From: Naegleria gruberi
Lineage: Eukaryota
Strand: one strand, 5' to 3'
Assembly (NCBI GenBank): GCA_000004985.1
Contig: GG738846.1
Length of the DNA stretch: 64,000 nt
Below are positions 55,651 through 64,000 of the stretch, in pieces. The notes beneath the pieces were generated by a model. It was given only the letters and a program-made list of their open reading frames with translations. It had not been told where the DNA came from and made no database searches. Numbering within the stretch: the stretch's first letter is position 1; each line of letters begins with the position of its first letter. A program made the position numbers and the translations under genes.

Positions 55651-55940
55651 CGACTTGCTACTTCCTCCACGACGTTGAATACTACTGCTACACGACAATC
55701 GAGCTTGATTGTTCATGATGTGATGGTATTCGTGTGTTTTTTTCTTTGCTGAAGAGGCAAGATGTTGCGTGCTGTAAGCATAATCGTAAAACATGTCCTT
55801 AATAAGAACAAGGTAATCCTCAATATTTTCCGCATAGTTAATCCAAGATGGAACGTTCCAAATACGCTTGTGTCTAGAGTGTTATCTTGTCAATTAAGGC
55901 CTCATCCCTTTGTTTGTGATGATCATCAATTATTATTTGT

Positions 55941-58900
55941 TTATTCACAACTTGGAGAGGTGGTGTACGAAAGTACATTCATTTCCTTTTGGAATTTAAA
56001 GGTTTCTCGCCACTTGACAAATTCATCTTTGAGAATTAGTCTTTGGAAAATATCGAGATTATTCTTGACCACTTCATATTGAATTTCCTTAAATACAGAA
56101 TATGGCAAGAGACCATCTGGATTGAGTGTTAAATTTGTCATGGCATTGGCAAAATCAGTATAGCATCGAGCAGGCAAGTTGATTGGGTATGGTGATGTTG
56201 GTGCAAAATATGTAGCATGTAAATAAGTTACATAGTCCAAGTCCAAGGTTCCAGTTTGTCTCACTTTTTCCAAATCCTCATAGAGATTAAAGTTTTCAAT
56301 TGAGAATTCGTTATTGGAATAATTTCGGTGAAGCCATCTAAAATTAATATCTGTCAAATATTCTTCCCATTGAGCTTCCAATCTCTCAAAATCATCCAAT
56401 GGTTGATTATCACCAACACAAGTATCTCTGAGCTTTCTAATGTATGTTGCAATATCAACTATCATAACATTACCACCAACAAGTAACAAGCTACATAAGA
56501 AGAAGGCCACAAGACACAATCTATTAACAACCAATGAATTCCAAATGAACAGATCAAGAATGAGTACAATGCAGGTAACGAACATTGCTGCCAACGTGAA
56601 AATATCAATTCTGAGATAGAAAGGATCATCAAACAAGAAATAGTGTCTGAAACCCTTGTCCTTGATTGTCCTAATGTTCAGTATCATGTCAACCACAAAT
56701 ACAAGCATTACCACAACACTCAAAAAGCCAAACTGTGAAGCCAACGACAATAGGGATGCATCAAACTGTAAAGACCACTCGAATCTTTTGAATCGTTGAA
56801 TAACAACACCATAGAGAATTCCATAGTAAACTCCATACCAAATTCCTGCAAGAACCAAGCTCAGTGTAACAGAAACCATGAAGGAAATCTCTGGTCTCGA
56901 CACAATTCTGTAAAGTTTCATTCTACTTGTGTGAGATTTGTTTTCTCGTTTGATTGGAGAGAACTCTCTCAATTGATACAAGTTTCTCAATAAGAAGAAT
57001 CTAATAGTCACCACAATATAGCTCGAACACAACAGTGAAATGCAATAGTCTGGAACTGGTATCAGCGCAAATAAGGACATGCCAACATTCTTGAATACAC
57101 TCATCAAGATTGGTTCTAAAAAGAATAGACAAGTGAATATAATGCACATTGGAGCAATAAAAGGAACAAACAATCTTCTTCTCATTGCCTTATTATTATC
57201 AATCATGATACTGTAATTTACAACAAGTCCAATATAGAAAACCAAACATAAAATAATGACAAGGAATAACATGGCATCCTTATAGGTGAGATCCCAGTAT
57301 TTGGTTGGATTGTTATAGTGGAAAACACCCAAGTATTGATTATAAGAGCTGTAGCAGCTTGGACGAGCAATATCTTGGTAAACCAGCTCGGAAACTGAAA
57401 TATTTCTATTGTGTTCATTTGTAAATAGCCTAAACATTGTATGATCAAATTCAGTAAGAGGAAGCGATAGAGATGATGCTTGGAAACTACTATATCCCTC
57501 ACTGAATGTGGTTGAAATACGTGGAATTTCGAAAAGGTAACTATGATAGTCCTTTACAGATATAGTATCAAAAATTGAACAATTAATGGTACCATTAGTC
57601 CATAAATTGACAATGGAGAAGGACTCATTGAAGACAGAGTAAATTTCTTTAAAAACAGCAGCCTTGACCTTGTTGAAGGTATCCTCACTCTTGAGAGTTG
57701 CAACACGAACCGATCTTGGAATTGTCTTGAGCTTTGTTGGAATATTTGTTGTGAATATTTGTGCATAGTCAGATGTTTTCATATTATCAAGCTCAGATAT
57801 AGACCTTGGATCTAGGGTTTCATTCCTATCTAAAAAGTAAATATTATTCTTAATTGCCAATAGCATTGTGTCAACTTCTTCTGGTGTTACAAGAATCAAA
57901 TCACAAGAGCTGTACCAGTTTCTATTGAGGAATGAGTCGTGGCCCATAATAGGTTCATAATTTGTAATACTCAAAGAGTCACTCGTTGAGGTTTTGGTAT
58001 CAATATACTGATATTCTCTATTGCCATCCTTAAGGGTAATACCAACAACAGATTTAGATGCTCGAATAGTAAGATTTCTGACAGCCTGATCACAACAAGT
58101 GCAAATACGTGCAGTTTTCAAAAGTTGGAAGGTAAAGTTTGAAGTTTTAAATTTAGGAACTATTCCAACCAAATTATGATAGTAAAACACAACCACTTGA
58201 TTACTCATCTTGATAATGTTTGTCGATCCATCAATTTGGTACAAATCAGAATTGTCATTAATAAATTCATTCATACTGGTTGTATTGAGCAAGTTGACAT
58301 TTCCAATTTCAAATGTGGATTCATCGAAAGAACCAGTCTGATCATACAGAGGAACTAGTTTGGAAAAATCTCTTAAAATTGTATTGGATTGGAAAAGATT
58401 TTTGTAGGAAGAAACATAGAGGCCTACATTAACATCAACTCTAGAGGTTTGTGTTCCTTCTTGAACACTTCTTTTCTGTTGGGCAACATGTCTGGTATTC
58501 TGTGAAGAAAGGTTATTAATGATGGTTGAAGGAGCTCTTGCATCGATACCATTGTTAACTTGCTTTTCATACATGCAACTCAGATAAGCATTCAATGGAA
58601 TTGAGCATTTACCATTCAGTGGGGAGAAGATTGACGATTTGGTGTCAATAATAGGAATAGGCTTATTTTGAACTGGTTGGAGTGGGTGTGAATAATAGAT
58701 TGAGGACAACATGCCATAATTCATCGAACAAATAGACAAATCCATCAATTTGCTCATACAGAAATCAATACAGACCCTTCTCTGTTCACTACTACATGCA
58801 CAATATGAATACTTTGGGCATGGGAAAATGTCATAATCGACAGTGTCTCCACAAGTAATTTCAGATGGTAAATCAGTACAAGTGCCTGAGGTTGTATTAC

Positions 58901-60062
58901 AATAGCTCGAGTAGCAATCAGTGTTGTCTACACATGATTCGCCATTATAGTTACCAAATAATCTCAAACATTTTGAGTTTTCACATCTGACTGGTTGATT
59001 TCCAGGCCACTTTCCAGTGTCAAGATTTTGCTTTAGTGAAATACCACTACTTTCCAGACCTCCTATACAATCTGTATAAATAGAGCAATTGCTAGTGGTA
59101 TAATTCTTACAGATCAGAATTGTATTAGAGTATTCAACTGGGACAGGATTCAAATCGTCACTACATTTGCCAAAGATTGGTTTAGAATTAGGATTATAAT
59201 AATCTGGGAATGAGAAACTTGGCAGACAAACACCATTACAAGTAGAAGCAGCTGGGCATTTCTTGTAGACTGTAATAGGATTACCCTCTTCATCCTCAAT
59301 GTTGGCAAGTCCACAACTTTCATACAGGACAACATCAACTCTTCTCAAACATTTCTTTGTTGCAGCTAGGACAGATGGTAGATGGCAATAACTTGAACTA
59401 TCACAATTATCATAACTATTGGTAGTATAATTAACCAATGCCTTATCAAGTAAACTTTCAAAATCTGAATCTGGAGCGAATGGACAAGTGCTTCCTTCAG
59501 GAAGAACAGGATTTTCCTGTAAATAGCTACACTTTCCAGCATGACAATTCACAAAAGGATTAGTGACATGTCCATAACAATTCATACGATCAGTACAAGT
59601 GTCATTAATCATTCTTGTTTGAACATAGGTACACTTGAGAGTAGTTGGAGAGCAAGCCAAGTAAGGCAGTACACAATTTGTTTCATCAGCCCATGGTTGG
59701 GATGGATCATAGAAAGGATCACCATAAGGAATTACACAACTCTTCGTATCAACAGTTTCTAACAAGAATTCGTCCAATGGCTTACAAGAGAAAGCTCCAC
59801 TAATCGAATCTGTCATTCTAACATAACCAAACGGACACATGTTACCAAAGAGATAGAAATCATTGTACACATTTGTTGATATGTTTACATTATAGAAGGG
59901 AATGATGGAAGTTGTGGCCACTGAACAAACATCTAATTGTGCAAGAGTAGTACCTGAATTGCAAATGATGAATAGTAATATAAATAATACCACTAAAAGA
60001 AGAGCACGATGATTACTCTTCAATGATGATGAAGAAGAAGATGATGAAACATCCATTTTCAT
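55941..60062 (-). CDS. receptor-like 7TM-RGS protein with ~880-aa Cys-rich extracellular N-terminal domain
   Basis: Signal peptide (MKMDVSSSSSSSSLKSNHRALLLVVLFILLFIICNSG). Long Cys-rich ectodomain. Seven hydrophobic helices between ~aa 905 and 1180. C-terminal RGS core FSIENFNLYEDLEKVRQ...YLHATYFAPTSPYPINLP...FKEIQYEVVKNNLDIFQRL. Genuine ATG 60060-60062. Confidence 0.65.
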   Translation of the reverse strand: MKMDVSSSSSSSSLKSNHRALLLVVLFILLFIICNSGTTLAQLDVCSVATTSIIPFYNVNISTNVYNDFYLFGNMCPFGYVRMTDSISGAFSCKPLDEFLLETVDTKSCVIPYGDPFYDPSQPWADETNCVLPYLACSPTTLKCTYVQTRMINDTCTDRMNCYGHVTNPFVNCHAGKCSYLQENPVLPEGSTCPFAPDSDFESLLDKALVNYTTNSYDNCDSSSYCHLPSVLAATKKCLRRVDVVLYESCGLANIEDEEGNPITVYKKCPAASTCNGVCLPSFSFPDYYNPNSKPIFGKCSDDLNPVPVEYSNTILICKNYTTSNCSIYTDCIGGLESSGISLKQNLDTGKWPGNQPVRCENSKCLRLFGNYNGESCVDNTDCYSSYCNTTSGTCTDLPSEITCGDTVDYDIFPCPKYSYCACSSEQRRVCIDFCMSKLMDLSICSMNYGMLSSIYYSHPLQPVQNKPIPIIDTKSSIFSPLNGKCSIPLNAYLSCMYEKQVNNGIDARAPSTIINNLSSQNTRHVAQQKRSVQEGTQTSRVDVNVGLYVSSYKNLFQSNTILRDFSKLVPLYDQTGSFDESTFEIGNVNLLNTTSMNEFINDNSDLYQIDGSTNIIKMSNQVVVFYYHNLVGIVPKFKTSNFTFQLLKTARICTCCDQAVRNLTIRASKSVVGITLKDGNREYQYIDTKTSTSDSLSITNYEPIMGHDSFLNRNWYSSCDLILVTPEEVDTMLLAIKNNIYFLDRNETLDPRSISELDNMKTSDYAQIFTTNIPTKLKTIPRSVRVATLKSEDTFNKVKAAVFKEIYSVFNESFSIVNLWTNGTINCSIFDTISVKDYHSYLFEIPRISTTFSEGYSSFQASSLSLPLTEFDHTMFRLFTNEHNRNISVSELVYQDIARPSCYSSYNQYLGVFHYNNPTKYWDLTYKDAMLFLVIILCLVFYIGLVVNYSIMIDNNKAMRRRLFVPFIAPMCIIFTCLFFLEPILMSVFKNVGMSLFALIPVPDYCISLLCSSYIVVTIRFFLLRNLYQLREFSPIKRENKSHTSRMKLYRIVSRPEISFMVSVTLSLVLAGIWYGVYYGILYGVVIQRFKRFEWSLQFDASLLSLASQFGFLSVVVMLVFVVDMILNIRTIKDKGFRHYFLFDDPFYLRIDIFTLAAMFVTCIVLILDLFIWNSLVVNRLCLVAFFLCSLLLVGGNVMIVDIATYIRKLRDTCVGDNQPLDDFERLEAQWEEYLTDINFRWLHRNYSNNEFSIENFNLYEDLEKVRQTGTLDLDYVTYLHATYFAPTSPYPINLPARCYTDFANAMTNLTLNPDGLLPYSVFKEIQYEVVKNNLDIFQRLILKDEFVKWRETFKFQKEMNVLSYTTSPSCE

Positions 60063-61220
60063 GAACGCGCGATAATTATGTTGCTGGTCAATTAATCGCT
60101 TTCAATATTGGTTCCAATAAACAATATTATCAGAGAAGAGATGAATGTGTGTACGTTTTTTAATTGTGCAGAAATCTCTAGAAACGAATCAACACCAAAT
60201 TTTTATGGAGCAAAGGAAAAACACTTGATGCACTTCTCGGTTTTTATAATTGTGTCTCTTCGTAAAACCAGCAAGGAAACTTTGGTTGTGATTTTTTTTA
60301 GTGGTGAGGCAAGTGCATCAAGATTATGAAAGGTTTAGTGGAGATTATGAAAGGGTTTCGAAAAAGACCTCTGTCATGTTGGGTTAAATTATAAATGACA
60401 GAAAATGATAAAGTGTTGTAATGAAGTTGAGTTATTGTGTTTAAATAGTTGGAAAATGTGTGAAAACGGAATAATCCCGGTTTATGACATTATTACACAC
60501 TACTAGCCTTTTTGGAATGATGCCTAAAAATTGTTGAAAATGGACAAAACGTGTGTGTTAATATTTTACGAAACTAAACGAATCACTGTACTACAGTATG
60601 TTTTGCCAAAATCCATTCAACGACATTTGAAATATTCAGTTAAGCCTTGAAAAATATGAACAAATTCAATTATTAATTAAAGATAATACTAAATAACTGT
60701 TTACAGTGGAAAGAAGGATATAAAAGCAATCTAGAAGATTTTTTACAACCAAAAAGGCTCGGTAAAAGATGGAACATTTGATATTCAATAAAGAAAAGAA
60801 TGGTCGCCCATTTGTTTGATTTTAGTACCTTTTTTCTATTAATGTGTGTAGATGAGGTGTTCGACACAAAAAGCTAAATCCTTAATACCATTACAAAATT
60901 TCATGGATTCAGGAATATATTTGAAACAAATGAAAAGTGAAGACAAGATCTTTGAACTAGTTGATGGTTTATTTCCAGATCTCCAACAATTTTGTATCAA
61001 TAACCTCTTCATCCAATTCCAGCCAAAATAAAAGATAAATAAAAGGAGAAGATCAATATTTGGGTCCTTTTTCTTTTGATTCAAATTTTCGTTCAGGTAA
61101 AAGAGAAACTGAACGAATTTACGCTCTGATTTGATTGTTCCCAATAATAATTGAACTTTATCCTTTAATCAATCATAGTTTATCATCACTTTTATCACCT
61201 CATCTTCTTCTTTTTAGATA

Positions 61221-62390
61221 ATGGCTTATCTATTTTTAAAATACAAAATCAAAAAAAAAATGTCAAGTGCACTGGAAAAGAAACAACTCGAAATTTTGGA
61301 CCGACAAGAGAAAATCAAGAAGGAAGCACAACAAAAACAATCATCGGAAAAAACAGAGGAACCCGAGAAAAAAAAGAAGAGAAAATCATCAAAAAGTGGA
61401 GAGGAGAAGGAAAAGAAGAAGAAGAAAAAATCAAAATCAAAGGATGAAGCTGGTGGTCCGAAACATGCCCAATTTTACTCGGCAGGAACTTATGAAGAGG
61501 AGGCAGAGAGTGCCGCTGTTCAAACACCTGTAGCTGCCTCTTCCGAGACAACAGAGGCCACTCCTACATTGACTAAACAAGAAAAGGCACAAAAAAAGGC
61601 CACGAAGGAACATACACTTGGGTTGATTACTTTTAAAATTATTGAATTTTTGCAGGAAGACACTTCTAAAAAGTATACATTTCAACAAATTTTGGAAGCC
61701 ATTGATCATAGCAGTTGTACCAATGAAGTTGACGAGGAGGAGGAAAAGGAAAAAACTGGAGTTAAATTTGAGGATTCACTTGCTGCTCATCTTGACGATC
61801 GGATAAAGAAGGCCATCTATCTGAAATTAATGCAAAATCACAAGGTGGATTATCAAGGACCAACCACAAAGAATATCGATGAAAATGCTACCTTTTGCTT
61901 TAAGGCTATCCATCAGTCTATCAAGGAAAAAAAACACGTATTGGAATTATTGCAAAATCCAGAGTTTGTAATTAGTGGAATTCCTGTATCTGAATTGGCT
62001 GAAAGTTACAAGGGTGTATTAAATGATATTGAAGAGCTCAAGAAGGAAAAGGCTGTCATTTCCATACCCAACCAAGATAAGAAGTGTGACATTTTGTACT
62101 TTAATGATGTGAGTGTAGATATGCCAATAGTTGATGTTAAACTGAGAGATTTGTGGAGGGGAACAAGAGAGAGACGTATTCCTGCATCAGATTTACCATC
62201 CCTCCTACAAAAAGTTGGTCTTCCCGCTATACAAACTGTTGAATGGCCAGAAGATGAACACAGAAAGAAGAAGGAAGCTGAAAGAGAAGAAAATGCAAAG
62301 AATACCAAGACTAAACGTACTCGTAAGATGAATGTCAAGAAGATGACCAATAAGCACTTGGCTGAAGAATTTGTTGCTCACCAAAAGTAA
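61221..62390 (+). CDS. general transcription factor TFIIE beta subunit (alternative start at second ATG, 61260)
   Basis: C-terminal region ILYFNDVSVDMPIVDVKLRDLWRGTRER...NKHLAEEF aligns with human GTF2E2 [24 protein letters not shown]...NEHLAGVL. Lys/Glu-rich N-terminus and basic C-terminus. Winged-helix region TFQQILEAIDHS. Confidence 0.65.
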   Translation: MAYLFLKYKIKKKMSSALEKKQLEILDRQEKIKKEAQQKQSSEKTEEPEKKKKRKSSKSGEEKEKKKKKKSKSKDEAGGPKHAQFYSAGTYEEEAESAAVQTPVAASSETTEATPTLTKQEKAQKKATKEHTLGLITFKIIEFLQEDTSKKYTFQQILEAIDHSSCTNEVDEEEEKEKTGVKFEDSLAAHLDDRIKKAIYLKLMQNHKVDYQGPTTKNIDENATFCFKAIHQSIKEKKHVLELLQNPEFVISGIPVSELAESYKGVLNDIEELKKEKAVISIPNQDKKCDILYFNDVSVDMPIVDVKLRDLWRGTRERRIPASDLPSLLQKVGLPAIQTVEWPEDEHRKKKEAEREENAKNTKTKRTRKMNVKKMTNKHLAEEFVAHQK

Positions 62391-62861
62391 ATTTTTCATC
62401 CTTCCAGAGAGAGTAGAAATAAGTGTTGATGTTTTCATGAAATAATAAGGTTGTGAAATAAAGCCAATCGAATGAATACTATAAATTTCCATCATCTCAA
62501 CATTAAAGGGTGAGAAATTAAGTTATTGATGTGTGCATCAATCGATAATTATATTCGAAATACTATAATTAAATTGTGAAATAAACAACAACCCAAACGA
62601 ACGAATACAAAATCATCATACCGAGCTGTTCATTTGTTGATTGAAGCAAACGTGATCATCTTTTAAAAATAAACTTATTAAATCTATCGAAGCCTTTGGC
62701 GTTGTTGTATTCTTCTTGCAAGCCATCACGGAAGAGCAATCGTGTTTACAAAAAAACTTCCGATAGGAAATAAAACACACAGTCAAATCGTTCCGAGACT
62801 AGCCTTCACAACAACAGCGAAAAAAAAAATAACAAGAAACCCCTCGCTATACAACAACAAG

Positions 62862-64000
62862 ATGTCTACCGAAACATTCAAGTTCCAAGCTGAGATTAAT
62901 CAATTGATGAGTTTGATCATCAATACCTTCTACAGCAATAAGGAAATCTTCTTGAGAGAATTGATATCCAATGCTTCTGATGCTTTGGATAAGCTTCGTC
63001 ACATCAGTTTGACTGAACCATCAGTCTTGGACACTGAAAGGGAATTGTGTATTCGTATCATCCCTGATAAGGTTAACAAGACTTTAACCCTCATTGATAC
63101 AGGAGTTGCGATGACTAAGGCCGATTTAATTAATTGTTTAGGTTGGTGTTTTTACATTATTTCTTGATTTCTTAACAAATTATTATTATATAACGTGTAT
63201 TTTACATTATTTCTGAAATTTATTAACAAATTATTATTACAGGTACTATTGCTAGATCTGGAACAAAGCAATTTATGGAAATGCTCCAAGCTGGTGCTGA
63301 TGTTTCCTTGATTGGTCAATTCGGTGTTGGTTTCTACTCTGCTTACTTGGTTGCCGATAGAGTTGTTGTCACCACTAAACATAATGATGACGAACAATAC
63401 ATCTGGGAATCTGCTGCTGGTGGTAGCTTTACCATTACTTTGGATGAAACTGGCGAAAGATTGACTCGTGGTACTAAGATTGTTTTGCACATGAAGGAAG
63501 ATCAATTGGAATATTTGGAAGAAAGAAAGTTGAAGGATTTGGTCAAGAAACACTCTGAATTCATCGGATATCCAATTTCTTTGTATGTTGAAAAGACTGA
63601 AGAAAAGGAAGTTGAAGAAGATGAAGAAAAGAAGGACGAAGAAAAGACTGACGAACCAAAGATTGAAGAAGTTGATGAAGATAAGGAAAAAAAGACCAAG
63701 AAGGTTAAGGAAGTTACTCACGAATGGGAATTGTTGAACAAGACCAAGCCATTGTGGACTCGTGACGCCAAGACTGTCACCAAGGAAGAATATGCTTCAT
63801 TCTACAAGGCCTTGACCAATGACTGGGAAGAACATTTGGCTGTCAAGCACTTCTCTGTTGAAGGTAACTTTGAATTCAAGGCTATCCTCTTTGCTCCAAA
63901 GAGAGCTCCATTCGATTTGTTCGAACCAAAGAAGAAGCTTAACAATATCAAATTATACGTTAGAAGAGTCTTTATCATGGACAATTGTGAAGAATTAATT
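62862..64000 (+). CDS. HSP90: cytosolic Hsp90, join(62862..63141, 63243..>64000), runs off the 3' edge
   Basis: [37 protein letters not shown]..., [20 protein letters not shown]|[24 protein letters not shown], charged linker, ...[16 protein letters not shown]. Intron TTTAG|GTTGGT...attacAG|GT, 101 nt (63142..63242), phase 1. Confidence 0.95.

Noticed and set aside
1-64000. Prokaryotic interpretation (operons, defence islands, CRISPR, phage)
   Set aside because: Spliceosomal introns, a eukaryotic-type tRNA, 5S genes with T-run terminators, Hsp90/TFIIE/Dcp2/kexin content and low-complexity N-rich proteins show this is nuclear eukaryotic DNA. No prokaryotic system features are present.

Overview
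This is an AT-rich eukaryotic nuclear contig, not a prokaryotic one. The evidence is spliceosomal introns (GTAAGT-type donors, 38-101 nt), a cytosolic tRNA-Val, two 5S rRNA genes with poly-T Pol III terminators, A-runs just upstream of most ATGs, and many Asn/Ser/Tyr-rich low-complexity coding tracts. The gene content and 5S sequence look dictyostelid (social amoeba)-like, but the species cannot be named from sequence alone. Gene density is high, about 30 genes in 64 kb. Recognisable genes are UDP-glucose 6-dehydrogenase (5' partial), Pelota/Dom34, a class-I cyclic-nucleotide phosphodiesterase (3 exons; metal-site substitutions suggest a possible pseudo-enzyme), a class-IV aminotransferase-like protein, an LYR-motif protein, a P-loop NTPase, a metallophosphoesterase, an amino-acid-kinase-family protein, Dcp2, a protein kinase-DUF4116-Sel1 fusion, a kexin-like proprotein convertase, a DDX56/Dbp9-like DEAD-box helicase with a prion-like N/Y tail, an RCC1-like protein, TFIIE-beta and Hsp90 (3' partial, one 101-nt intron). 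The regions worth a second look are: (a) two virtually identical 5S rRNA genes on the minus strand 5.4 kb apart among Pol II genes; (b) a >9 kb type-I membrane 'adhesin-like' gene made of ~620-bp near-identical LamG-like tandem repeats plus EGF-like modules, containing a 65-N assembly gap and a 1-nt frameshift; (c) a 7TM-RGS receptor-like protein with an ~880-aa Cys-rich ectodomain; (d) a second RGS protein that may carry a DUF547 module; (e) a kinase whose C-terminus is a near-perfect 108-bp Sel1 tandem array. The ORF track uses alternative start codons (TTG/GTG reported as M), so several starts were moved to the first genuine ATG. No prokaryote-style defence island, CRISPR array or mobile element was found.
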